From an uncultured Gemmatimonadales bacterium (lineage in GTDB: Bacteria; Gemmatimonadota; Gemmatimonadetes; Longimicrobiales; RSA9), in assembly GCA_963798085.1 (NCBI GenBank), contig CAWCRS010000005.1, forward strand, positions 128,001 through 192,000: a stretch of 64,000 nucleotides of DNA, in the 5' to 3' direction. A program made the translations under genes and the position numbers. The notes under the pieces are model-generated. The model had not been told where the DNA came from and did not search any database. It saw nothing but the letters and a program-made list of their open reading frames with translations. This document shows, in pieces, positions 44,285 through 53,851 of the stretch. Numbering within the stretch: position 1 is the first letter of the stretch; each line of letters opens with the position of its first letter.

Positions 44285-46108
44285 GTGGCACCAACCGCCC
44301 CCACCCACGAAGAAGAAGCCCTCGGCAAGGCCTACGACGCCCGCCTCATGCGCAGGCTGCTCCGCTACCTGCGCCCGTACCGCCTGCAGGTGGTCCTGGC
44401 CGTCGCCATGCTGCTGGTCGGCGCTGCCGTCGAGCTGGTCGGCCCGTGGATCACCCGGCTCGCGCTGGACCGCGCCATCCCGCACGGCGACAGCCGCCTG
44501 CTTCTCCAGCTCGGCGCCGGCTACCTCGTTTCGCTCGTGCTCGCTTTCGGATTGCAGTACGGGCAGACTTTGATGACCACGTGGCTCGGCCAGCGCGTCA
44601 TGTTCGACCTGCGGCGCGAGATCTTCGGCCGGCTGCAGCAGCTCGAGATCCCGTTCTTCGATTACAATCCCGTGGGCCGGCTGATGACGCGCGTCACCAG
44701 CGACGTCGAGGTGCTGAACGAGCTGTTCAGCTCGGGCGTGGTCACCGTGTTCGGCGACGTGTTTACACTCGTGTTCATCGTGGTCGCCATGATGCTGATG
44801 GATTGGCGACTCGCACTCGTCACGCTCTCGGTGATGCCGTTCGTCTTTCTCGCCGCCATTGTCTTCCGCACGCGCATCCGTCGTGCGTATCGCGACATTC
44901 GCGTGCGGCTGGCGCGCATCAACGCGTTCCTGCAGGAGCACATCTCGGGTGTGGCGGTGATCCAGCTGTTCGACCGGGAACGCGATGTGGGTGAGCGCTT
45001 CCACGAGATCGACGATCACTATCTGGAAGCCCACCTGCGCTCCATTCTCTACTACGCGCTCTTCTTTCCCGTCATCGAGTTGCTGACCGCGGTGTCCTTC
45101 GCGGTGATCCTGCTGTACGGCGGTGCCCGCCTGCTGCCCGGCGCCGTGACGGTAGGCGTGATCGCCGCCTTCCTGCAGTACGCGCGACGCTTCTTCCGCC
45201 CCATTCAGGACCTGTCCGAGAAATACAACATGCTGCAGGGCGCGATGGCATCATCAGAGCGCATCTTCAAGCTGCTGGATGCGCCGCTGGCGCACGCCGT
45301 CCGCGGCGGCGGGCGGCCCCTGCCCGCGAACGCGCGCGGCCATATCGAGTTCCGTAATGTCTGGTTTGCCTACCGCAGGCGGGACGAAGGCGGCGAGTGG
45401 GACTGGGTGGTGCGCGGCATCAGCTTCACCGCGCGGCCCGGCGAGCGCATTGCCATTGTCGGACACACGGGCGCGGGCAAGACTACGCTGGCCAGCCTGC
45501 TGATGCGCTTCTACGAACCGCAGCGCGGCGAGATCCTGTTCGATGGCGTGCCCATCCGCGAGTTCGACGTGCACGCTCTGCGCCAGCGTATCGGCCTCGT
45601 GCTGCAGGATGTCTTCCTGTTCAGCCGCGACGTGCAGTACAACATTCGCCTGGGCCGCGACGACATTGGCGAGGCGCGCGTACAGGCCGCCGCCGAGCGC
45701 GTCGGCGCCGCTCCGCTGATCGCACGGCTGCCGGCCCGCCTGGCGCAACCACTCGGTGAGCGCGGCTCTTCCCTCTCCGTGGGCGAGCGACAGCTGCTCT
45801 CCTTCGCGCGCGCACTCGCGTTCGATCCGCTCGTGCTGGTGCTGGATGAGGCCACCAGCTCCGTCGACTCCGCGCTCGAGGAACGCATCGAGCTGGCGCT
45901 CGACACGCTCATGCGCGGGCGGACATCGCTCGTGATCGCCCACCGTCTCTCCACCGTGCAGAACGCGGATCGCATCCTGGTCATGCACCACGGGGAGCTG
46001 CGCGAGCAGGGCACACACGAGGAGCTGTTGCGCGAGGGCGGTCTTTACGCCCGCCTCTACGAGCTGCAGTTCGCTGACGCCTCAGGCGAAGGAAGGCTGG
46101 CGTCGTGA
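44285..46108 (+). CDS. ABC transporter, fused permease/ATP-binding (exporter type)
   Basis: TM domain, GHTGAGKTT, LSVGERQ, LVLDEATS, IAHRLST. Confidence 0.93.
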   Translation: MAPTAPTHEEEALGKAYDARLMRRLLRYLRPYRLQVVLAVAMLLVGAAVELVGPWITRLALDRAIPHGDSRLLLQLGAGYLVSLVLAFGLQYGQTLMTTWLGQRVMFDLRREIFGRLQQLEIPFFDYNPVGRLMTRVTSDVEVLNELFSSGVVTVFGDVFTLVFIVVAMMLMDWRLALVTLSVMPFVFLAAIVFRTRIRRAYRDIRVRLARINAFLQEHISGVAVIQLFDRERDVGERFHEIDDHYLEAHLRSILYYALFFPVIELLTAVSFAVILLYGGARLLPGAVTVGVIAAFLQYARRFFRPIQDLSEKYNMLQGAMASSERIFKLLDAPLAHAVRGGGRPLPANARGHIEFRNVWFAYRRRDEGGEWDWVVRGISFTARPGERIAIVGHTGAGKTTLASLLMRFYEPQRGEILFDGVPIREFDVHALRQRIGLVLQDVFLFSRDVQYNIRLGRDDIGEARVQAAAERVGAAPLIARLPARLAQPLGERGSSLSVGERQLLSFARALAFDPLVLVLDEATSSVDSALEERIELALDTLMRGRTSLVIAHRLSTVQNADRILVMHHGELREQGTHEELLREGGLYARLYELQFADASGEGRLAS

Positions 46109-46368
46109 GTCAGCTGAATTACCGCTTCCTGCTGGTGGCGCTGGTCTTCGTAACCGACGTGTTCGCATTGGTCGCGGCCATGGGCGGCAGCGCTTCGCGC
46201 GCCGCGAAGCTCGGCTGGATCCTGGTGATCGTATTCCTGCCTGTGATCGGGATCGTCGCCTGGTGGCGCCGCGGCCCGGGCAGTCCCGGTCGCCGCAGCG
46301 ACAGCAGCGGGCTCGAGCTCCTCAATAACGACGCATTTCCGGATCGATCTCCGCCGCCCACCCGTTGA
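46105..46368 (+). CDS. Small membrane protein, PLDc_N-like
   Basis: KLGWILVIVFLPVIGIVAW pattern; start overlaps the ABC transporter stop. Confidence 0.65.
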   Translation: MSQLNYRFLLVALVFVTDVFALVAAMGGSASRAAKLGWILVIVFLPVIGIVAWWRRGPGSPGRRSDSSGLELLNNDAFPDRSPPPTR

Positions 46369-46663
46369 TGCCACCCTCCAGGTTGAAGACATGTGTGAAG
46401 CCGTTCGCCTGGAGGAAGCGGACCACCCGATCACTGCGCGCTCCCGTACGGCAGTAGACGACGGTCGCCGCCTCCGGGTCCAGCTCGCTGATGCGCGCCG
46501 GGATCTCCGCCATGGGTACCAGTCGCGCACCGTATGTGGCCAGGTTCGAAATCTCCCACTCGTGCGGCTCGCGCACGTCCAGCAGCACCAGCGGTTCTCC
46601 CGTGTCCAGCATCTGGCGCAACTGTTCGGCGTTGATCGCCGGCGAGGCTTCCCTTCCCATCAT
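46322..46663 (-). CDS. Rhodanese-like domain (MoeB C-terminal type); separate gene or fused to waaA
   Basis: LLDVREPHEW, YCRTGARS, NLEGGINGW...DPEMRRY. Confidence 0.8.
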   Translation of the reverse strand: MMGREASPAINAEQLRQMLDTGEPLVLLDVREPHEWEISNLATYGARLVPMAEIPARISELDPEAATVVYCRTGARSDRVVRFLQANGFTHVFNLEGGINGWAAEIDPEMRRY

Positions 46664-47986
46664 TGTGCCTGTCCCCCGGTTTTTCGTTTCCATCCTGCGC
46701 TTCCCCCCCGACCGCGGCAGCAGCGAGAGCAGCAACGCCGCATTCCGCTCCGCCCCGCCCAGCCGGCTCTGCACCCACGCCCTCGCCGCTGCGCCCGCCG
46801 CAGCGTGACTCAGGTATTCCCGCAGTCCGGCTTCGATTCCTGACACACCGTTAGCAGCGACGCCACCGCCCGCGGCGGCCAGCTCGGCCGCTTCGCGCGC
46901 GTTACCGTGGTACGGCCCGAACACCACGGGCACGCCCAGCGCCGCCGGCTCCACCACCGAATGCAGCCCGTTCCTGCCGAAGCCGCCACCCACGTACGCC
47001 ACGCGCGCCAGCGCGTACAGTTCCGCCAGCACACCCACGCGATCCACCACGATCACCGCATGGGCGGGTGCTGCCTCGCCCGCCTCCACCACGCCCAGGC
47101 GTACATGCGTCAAATGCGTCGCATCCAGCGCCTGTTCCAGTGCTGCCAGGTGCACCGGCGTCGGCTGGTGCGGCGCGATGATCATGCGAACATCGTCGCG
47201 GCTGCGCACGCGCGCGAAGGCCGCCAGCAGCTTCGCATCATCCGCAGGCCACGTGGAACCTGCCACGATCGTCGGTCGTGCGTCCACTCGCAGCAGCGTG
47301 AGCAGCGGCGTGCCCGCTGCCAGTGCGGCCACACGCGACCAGACCTGGTCGAAGCGCGCATCGCCCGTCACCTGCGTGCGCTCCGCCGCAACCCGCAGCT
47401 GCCGGAACCGCTGCGCGTCCTCCGCACTCACTGCGCCCACCGCATCCAGCGAGGCATACGCCGGCCGCAGAAAGGTGCGTGCCAGCGGTCGCAGCCGGCT
47501 CGAGCTGCTGGCCAGCGGCGCATTGATCAGCGCGACCCGCGCGCCGTGCTCGTGCGCGTGCTGCACCAGCGTGGGCCAGATCTCCGTGCGCACGAATGCG
47601 ACGACCACCGGCTTCAGCGCAGCCAGCGCGCGCTCCACATCGTGCGCCAGATCCCACGGCAGCCAGGCGCTCACGTCCGCGCCCACACGCTCGGCCAGCC
47701 GCTCCGCGGATGGCGAGAAGAACGTGAACGCAACCTGACAATCGACGCTGCGACGCAGCGCGGCAATGATCGCCTCCGCCATGAGCGCTTCGCCCACGGA
47801 TGGCGAGTGCAGCCAGAACAGCGGCTTCGCTGCATCCCGTCGGCTCGCGGCCCAGTTCTCGAAACGCCCCGCCGTCTCGCGCCTGCCGCGCAACGCACGC
47901 TGCACGCGCTCCGATCGTGCCGCGCGTTCCATCACGGACCGCGCGAGCGCGAGCGCGCGCTCGTAAATCTTCTGTTGCCAGTTCAC
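46664..47986 (-). CDS. waaA: 3-deoxy-D-manno-octulosonic acid transferase (reads in frame into the rhodanese domain)
   Basis: WLHSPSVGE, TFFSPS, TEIWP, GDARFD, AGSTW, YVGGGF, HSVVEPA. Confidence 0.88.
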
Positions 47987-48096
47987 GCGCGAAGTCTATC
48001 CGGCCATACCGCCGCCGGACAGCCTTGCTGCGGCTGCGGCGTTCCCGGCATCTTGGCGCGTCCTCTCGCGACCAACCAGAACCCCCACGCGCAACC

Positions 48097-49494
48097 ATGG
48101 GCCAGACCCGCAGCGGCCTCAATGGCTGGATCACCCGGCTGGCCGGGTGGGCGGTGGGCATCTTCCAGAAAGTCGAGCAGATCGGGGGACCGATTCCCAA
48201 TGGTCCCGCGCTCGTCGTCGCCAACCATCCGAACAGCCTGCTCGACCCGCTCATTGTCTTCCGCGTGGCCGGCCGGCCCACGCGGCCACTGGCGAAGGCT
48301 CCGCTGTTCCAGCAGGCTCTGCTCGGCACCCTGCTGCGCGCGCTCGGCGGACTGCCCGTCTACCGGCGCCAGGATGATCCGGGGCAGACACACCGGAATG
48401 ATGAGACGTTTGCCGCGGCGATTGCCGCGCTGCGGCAAGGGGATGCCATTCAGATCTATCCTGAAGGGAAGTCGCACTCCGAGCCCGCGCTCGCGCCGTT
48501 GCGCACGGGCGCGGCACGCATCGCGCTGGCCGCCGAAGCGGAGAGCGACTGGCAGCTGGGACTGCGCATTGTCCCCATCGGCATCACGTACGCGGGCAAG
48601 TCGCTCTTCCGCGGCCGCGCCCTCGCCATGATCGGCGAACCATTCGCCGTCAGTGCGTACCGTGACGCATACGCAGCCGACAATGTCGACGCGGTGCGTG
48701 CGCTGACCGCACGCATTGGCGCCGCGCTCGAGGCAGTCACGCTCAATCTCACCGATCAGGATGACCGCGAGCTGATCGAAACGGCCGATCGACTGTATGC
48801 GCGCGAAAAAGGCTGGCAGCACTGGCGCGAGCGCGAAGAGCTGGCCGAGCGACTGCCCCGCCTGCGCTTCTTCGCGCACGGTCTGGCGTGGCTGCGCGCC
48901 CACGATCCCGAGCGTCACGAGCGGCTCGTGCGCAGTGTGCGCCGCTACCAGCGTGCACTCACGCTGTACGGCGCACGCGAAGGCAATGTGCCGCCGAACT
49001 ATCGCACCGGCGACGTGCTCGGCTACGTCCTGCGCCAGATCGTGACGATCGGACTGGGCCTGCCCATTGCGGCGCTCGCCACACTGCTCTGGCTGCCCGC
49101 GTGGTACGCGCCGCGCGTGACACTCGCGGTCACGCGACCCGACTACGAAACCATTGCGACGTACAAGCTGGCCACCAGCTTCTTCACTGCGCCGCTGACC
49201 ATCGCATTGTGCGCCTTCCTTGCGTGGCGCACGGCCGGCGTGTGGGCCGCCATCGCCGCACTCGTGCTCGTGCCGCTGCTCGGCCTGGTCGCGATTGCAT
49301 GGCACGAGCGCTGGCGCCGCGTCCGCGAAGATGTCGTCGTGTTCTGGCGCGCCCTGCGCCATCGGCGAGGCCCCGACCGCCTCGCTTCGCTGCGCGCTCT
49401 GCTGACAGCCGAGTTCGACGCACTGCTGGAACAGATTCCGACGCCGCCACCCTCCCCGACAGCCGCGACGCCTGACAGCAGTCAACGCTCCTGA
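48097..49494 (+). CDS. Lysophospholipid acyltransferase (PlsC family) with C-terminal TMs
   Basis: VANHPNSLLD, IYPEG motifs. Confidence 0.88.
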   Translation: MGQTRSGLNGWITRLAGWAVGIFQKVEQIGGPIPNGPALVVANHPNSLLDPLIVFRVAGRPTRPLAKAPLFQQALLGTLLRALGGLPVYRRQDDPGQTHRNDETFAAAIAALRQGDAIQIYPEGKSHSEPALAPLRTGAARIALAAEAESDWQLGLRIVPIGITYAGKSLFRGRALAMIGEPFAVSAYRDAYAADNVDAVRALTARIGAALEAVTLNLTDQDDRELIETADRLYAREKGWQHWREREELAERLPRLRFFAHGLAWLRAHDPERHERLVRSVRRYQRALTLYGAREGNVPPNYRTGDVLGYVLRQIVTIGLGLPIAALATLLWLPAWYAPRVTLAVTRPDYETIATYKLATSFFTAPLTIALCAFLAWRTAGVWAAIAALVLVPLLGLVAIAWHERWRRVREDVVVFWRALRHRRGPDRLASLRALLTAEFDALLEQIPTPPPSPTAATPDSSQRS

Positions 49495-49703
49495 GCGCGC
49501 GCGTCTTCCGCAACGCGCCGTATCTCCACCAGGTCCGCGGTGCCCGCAGCCTCCGCCGGAAACCTCGCCATCAACTCCTGCAAGGCTGCCGGCAAGGTCG
49601 CCGCTTCCACGTCCACCATGGCGTAGCGCTGCGCGCCCGCGAAGAACCGGATCGTCGCCCGATAGTGCAATTCTGCCTCCTCGCGCGTACAATGGCCGCA
49701 CAC
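49482..49703 (-). CDS. Small hypothetical protein (start uncertain)
   Basis: Fills the gap between genes; protein-like sequence YRATIRF...ADLVEIRR. Confidence 0.45.
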   Translation of the reverse strand: MCGHCTREEAELHYRATIRFFAGAQRYAMVDVEAATLPAALQELMARFPAEAAGTADLVEIRRVAEDARAQER

Positions 49704-49723
49704 CGACCGCGACAGGAACCGCC

Positions 49724-50788
49724 GTGCGCTACATTGGCAACAAGACGAAGCTGCTCGAGTTCATCGCCGAGACACTGCAGCGGCGCGGCATCACGGGGGG
49801 CACCGCGGTCGACCCCTTCTGCGGCACTGCAAGCGTGTCGGCCGAGCTGAAGCGTCGCGGCTTTCGCGTCGTCGCCTCCGACATCATGGAGTACGCCTAC
49901 GTGCTCGCGCACGCCTGCGTGCAGGTGGCGGAGCCGCCCCGCTTCCCGCAGCTGCAGCAGGAACTGGGGTCAGGCGACGATTCTCTGTCCACCGTCATCA
50001 GCTTCCTCAACACCATCGCTCCCGCCGGCGATTTCCTGCACGAACACTACACCCCGGACGGCCTCGCCGGTCGCGCCCACGGCCGCATGTACTTCACGCC
50101 CGACAACGGTGCACGCATTGACGCAATTCGCCATCAGCTCACGACGTGGCGGGCACAGGGGCTGCTCGACGACAATGCGTGGTATGTCCTTCTCGCCGCA
50201 CTGCTCGAAGCGGCCGACCGCGTGGCGAACACCACTGGCGTGTACGCGGCCTTCGTCAAGAGCTGGCAGCCCAACGCAACGCGGCCGCTGGAATTGCGGC
50301 CACCTGCGCTGGTGCCCGGTAAGGGCTGCCATGCGCGCCGCATCAATGCGCTCACGCTGGTCGCCGAGCTCGAGCCTTTCGATCTGCTGTACCTCGATCC
50401 GCCCTACAATGCACGCCAGTACGCCGGCTATTACCACATACCCGAGCTGATTGCGCGCGGCTGGAGCGCTGATACGCGCACACGCGGCAAGACCGGACTC
50501 ATCGATGATCGCGACAAGCGCAGCGACTGGAGCCGGCGCCAGCGCTGCGAGGAAGTATTCGAGCGACTCGTCGCCACCGCGCGCTGGCGTCACCTCGTCA
50601 TGAGCTACAACGCCGAAGGCATCATCCCCGAGTCCACCATCGAGCGCGTGCTGCGCGCGCACGGGCGCGGTCGGACGTACAAGCGCTACCCGATCACGTA
50701 CAAGCGCTACCGCTCCGACGCGGACAGCGAGACGCGTCGCTACCGCGGCGATTCGGTCACCGAGCATCTGTATTGCGTGAAGCGCTGA
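49724..50788 (+). CDS. DNA adenine methyltransferase (D12/alpha class), no adjacent nuclease
   Basis: MRYIGNK, DPFCGTASVS (motif I), YLDPPYN (motif IV). Confidence 0.9.
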   Translation: MRYIGNKTKLLEFIAETLQRRGITGGTAVDPFCGTASVSAELKRRGFRVVASDIMEYAYVLAHACVQVAEPPRFPQLQQELGSGDDSLSTVISFLNTIAPAGDFLHEHYTPDGLAGRAHGRMYFTPDNGARIDAIRHQLTTWRAQGLLDDNAWYVLLAALLEAADRVANTTGVYAAFVKSWQPNATRPLELRPPALVPGKGCHARRINALTLVAELEPFDLLYLDPPYNARQYAGYYHIPELIARGWSADTRTRGKTGLIDDRDKRSDWSRRQRCEEVFERLVATARWRHLVMSYNAEGIIPESTIERVLRAHGRGRTYKRYPITYKRYRSDADSETRRYRGDSVTEHLYCVKR

Positions 50789-50790
50789 GC

Positions 50791-51222
50791 TCAGGAACGC
50801 GCGACCGCCAGCAGCGCCAGCAGCCAGCCCAGCAGAAACGAGAGACCGCCGAAAGGTGTGATCGCGCCCATCAGGCGAGGGGCGCCGAAGGCGAGCGCGT
50901 ACAGGCTGCCCGAGAAAAGCACGATCCCCGCCACAAACAGCCAGCCCGCGGTGTGCAGCAGTGTGACAGGCCAGCGCGTCGTCGCCCACGCGAGAATCAG
51001 CAGCGCGAACGCGTGATACATCTGGTAGCGCACGCCCGTCTCGAACGTGACCATGCGCTCGGGTGCGAGGCGGCTGGAGAGCACGTGCGCGCCAAACGCA
51101 CCCCCCGCCACGCCGAAGAACGCAAGCAGCGCGCCCAGCACGAAGAAGGTCCGGTCCACGTTCGCTCGCGCCGCGGACGCGCCCCGCTCGACACGAGGCG
51201 CATCCGCCACAGGTGTGCTCAC
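50791..51222 (-). CDS. DUF423 (YgdD/TMEM256) membrane protein
   Basis: GAFGAH, YQMYHA, GIVLFSGSLY, GAITPFGG. Confidence 0.92.
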   Translation of the reverse strand: MSTPVADAPRVERGASAARANVDRTFFVLGALLAFFGVAGGAFGAHVLSSRLAPERMVTFETGVRYQMYHAFALLILAWATTRWPVTLLHTAGWLFVAGIVLFSGSLYALAFGAPRLMGAITPFGGLSFLLGWLLALLAVARS

Positions 51223-52544
51223 TTCTTGATCGTCGGCCGCGTGTTGTACTTCTGGTACAGCTGGTACTGCCGGTCGTCGCGGTTGATGCGGCGGCCCTTG
51301 ATGAACACGTCGCTGATGTGCGTGCGCAGATCCAGCGGGTCGCCATCACAGACGAACAGATTCGCCATCTTGCCCGTCTCGATCGAGCCGATCTCCTTGT
51401 CCACGCCGAAAATCTGCGCGGGCCAGAGCGTGAGCGCCTTGATGGCCGCATCTTCGGGCAGACCGTACGCCACCGCCAGCGCCGCGTGGTAGGGCACATG
51501 CCGCGCGTTCGAGGCGCCACCCGTCGAGAAGGCGATCTTCACACCCGCCTTCTGCAGCACGCCCGGCTGCGCGTAGATCGCATCGTACGGCTCATCGTCC
51601 GCGGGCAGCGACTGGATCGAGCTGAGCACCACGGGCACATTCTTGCGCGCCAGCAGTTCCGCTACCTTCCATGCTTCGTGGCCGCCCTGGATCGCGACCT
51701 TGATGCCGAACGAATCCGCCAGGGAAACCGCGCCGCGGATCTGCTCTTCGTTGTCCGCCGACACCAGCGCGGTGACTTCACCGCGCATCAGCGGGCGCAT
51801 CGACTCGAGCTTGAGGTCGAACGCGGTCGCGCCCGCACCGGCCGCGCGCATGCGATCGTATTCCTTCGCATTGCGCAGCATGTCGCGCAGGTCACGCACC
51901 TGGTCCTCGGGATTGCCACCCGGTCCGCCGAAGCGACCGCCGCCGCCACCACCACGACGGCCACCGCCACCACCGCCCACGCGCGGATAGTTGATGACGA
52001 ATGCCGCGGACGGATTCACCGCAATGTCCTCGAACGTCCAGCCGGACATGTTGATCATCGCCGCCTGGCCCGACATGATTCCGCCGCTGGGCGCCGTGAT
52101 CACGCTGGTCACGCCATTGTCGCGCGTGATCGGGATCATCTCGCTCTCCAGGTTCAGCGCGACGATCGCACGGTCGTTCGGATTGAAGTCGCCCAGCTCG
52201 CTGCGCAGGTTCATCGTCTGCACCGAGCCGATCTCCGCCAGACCCACGGGCGTGAACGAATCGATCATGCCCGGATAGACGAACTTGCCCTTGCCCGTGA
52301 TCTCGGTGACGCCCGAGCCGCCCTGCAGGTTGGCGCCCAGGCCGGCAATGCGGCCGCCGCGAATCAGAACATCGGTGTTAGGCATGGTCGCGCCTGACAC
52401 GGTCACTACAGTAGCGCCCCGGATCAGGAATGTGCCTTCCTGTCCCACACTCCACTGCGCTGCGCCTCGTCCGGGCACGAGGAGCACCGCTGCGGCGAGC
52501 ACACCTGCCGCGGCCAGGCGAGGCTTACGCGTCAGCGCGCCCAT
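51219..52544 (-). CDS. Amidohydrolase-family protein, exported, metal ligands degenerate
   Basis: YPGMIDSFTP (no HxH), GSIETGKMANLFV..GDP. Confidence 0.85.
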   Translation of the reverse strand: MGALTRKPRLAAAGVLAAAVLLVPGRGAAQWSVGQEGTFLIRGATVVTVSGATMPNTDVLIRGGRIAGLGANLQGGSGVTEITGKGKFVYPGMIDSFTPVGLAEIGSVQTMNLRSELGDFNPNDRAIVALNLESEMIPITRDNGVTSVITAPSGGIMSGQAAMINMSGWTFEDIAVNPSAAFVINYPRVGGGGGGRRGGGGGGRFGGPGGNPEDQVRDLRDMLRNAKEYDRMRAAGAGATAFDLKLESMRPLMRGEVTALVSADNEEQIRGAVSLADSFGIKVAIQGGHEAWKVAELLARKNVPVVLSSIQSLPADDEPYDAIYAQPGVLQKAGVKIAFSTGGASNARHVPYHAALAVAYGLPEDAAIKALTLWPAQIFGVDKEIGSIETGKMANLFVCDGDPLDLRTHISDVFIKGRRINRDDRQYQLYQKYNTRPTIKK

Positions 52545-53851
52545 CACCGGTCCTCCGTCGCGGTCGTGACCTTGCCCTTGATCAGCTTGTCCAGCGTCAT
52601 CGCCTTGTCGCGGTCGAAGTAGACCTTGCCGTCGATGATCGTCTTCTCCACGCGCGAAGCGGGCGCGAACGGGTGACCGTTGAAGATCGCGAGGTCGGCT
52701 TCCTTGCCCACCTCGATCGAGCCCACCTTGTCTGCGACACCCAGCTGCTTCGCGGGATTCAGCGTGATCATCTTGAGCGCTTCCGTCTCGCTCATGTCGC
52801 CGTAGTGCATGCCCATGGCTGCTTCCTGGTACAGCCGGCGCACCCGCTCGTCGGAGTCGGAGTTCACCGACACCACCACGCCGCGCGAGCTCATGATCGC
52901 CATGTTGTACGAAATGCCGTCCGCCGCCTCGACCTTGTAGGCCCACATGTCGGCGAACGTGGAGGCCATCGCACCGTGCTTCGCCAGCTCATCCGCGATC
53001 TTGTAGCCCTCGAGCACGTGCTGGAACGTGTTGATGCGGAAACCGAAGTCCTCCGCGACGCGCATCAGCATCAGGATCTCATCGGCGCGGTAGCTGTGCG
53101 CGTGCACCTTGATCTTGCCGTTCATGATGTCGACCAGCGCCTGTAGTCGCAGATCCTCGCGCGGCGGAATCGCGTCCTTGTTCTTCTTCTTCTCGTCATC
53201 GTACTTCTTCCATGACGCTTCGTATTCCTTTGCCTGCGTGAACCACCAGCGCAGCAGCTGCTCGACGCCCATGCGCGACTTCGGGTAGCGGCGGTTCGCA
53301 TCCGATTCGCTCGAGCTGGCGCGCGTCACGTTCTCGCCCAGTGCAAACTTCACTTCGCGCTGCGCGCCCTGGAAATACAGACTGTCCAGCGGCACGCCCC
53401 AGCGCATCTTGATGATCGCGGACTGCCCGCCAATCGTGTTGGCGCTGCCGTGCAGTACGTTCGCCGCCGTCACACCGCCCGCGAGGGCGCGGTAGATCGT
53501 GGGGTCATCGGGTCGCACCTGCACCTGCACCTCCGGCGTCACCGACTCCGAGCCCTCGTTGGTGCCGCCATCCATGGCCATGTGCGAGTGTGCATCGATG
53601 ATGCCCGGCATCACGTACATATGGGTGCCGTCGATCACGTCGATGCCCGCGGGAATCGACACGTTCTTTCCCACCGCCGTGATCTTGCCGTTGCGCACCA
53701 CTACTGTGCCGTTCTCGATGGTGCCGTTCGTGATCGTGAGAATGGTGGCGTTGCGGATCGCCAGGTTCTGCGCGCGCGCCGCCAGTGGCAGCAGCGGGAC
53801 CAGCGCGCCAGCCAGCAGCGCAGGCCGGAATCGAAGCGTCGCCCGAATCAT
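52544..53851 (-). CDS. Amidohydrolase-family protein, exported, catalytic motifs intact
   Basis: PGIIDAHSH, HSYRADE, FQHVLEG, NSDS. Confidence 0.9.
   Translation of the reverse strand: MIRATLRFRPALLAGALVPLLPLAARAQNLAIRNATILTITNGTIENGTVVVRNGKITAVGKNVSIPAGIDVIDGTHMYVMPGIIDAHSHMAMDGGTNEGSESVTPEVQVQVRPDDPTIYRALAGGVTAANVLHGSANTIGGQSAIIKMRWGVPLDSLYFQGAQREVKFALGENVTRASSSESDANRRYPKSRMGVEQLLRWWFTQAKEYEASWKKYDDEKKKNKDAIPPREDLRLQALVDIMNGKIKVHAHSYRADEILMLMRVAEDFGFRINTFQHVLEGYKIADELAKHGAMASTFADMWAYKVEAADGISYNMAIMSSRGVVVSVNSDSDERVRRLYQEAAMGMHYGDMSETEALKMITLNPAKQLGVADKVGSIEVGKEADLAIFNGHPFAPASRVEKTIIDGKVYFDRDKAMTLDKLIKGKVTTATEDR

Noticed and set aside
49482..50788. Restriction-modification or defence island around the methyltransferase
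   Set aside because: Neighbours are an acyltransferase, a tiny ORF and DUF423; no nuclease, ATPase or mobility genes
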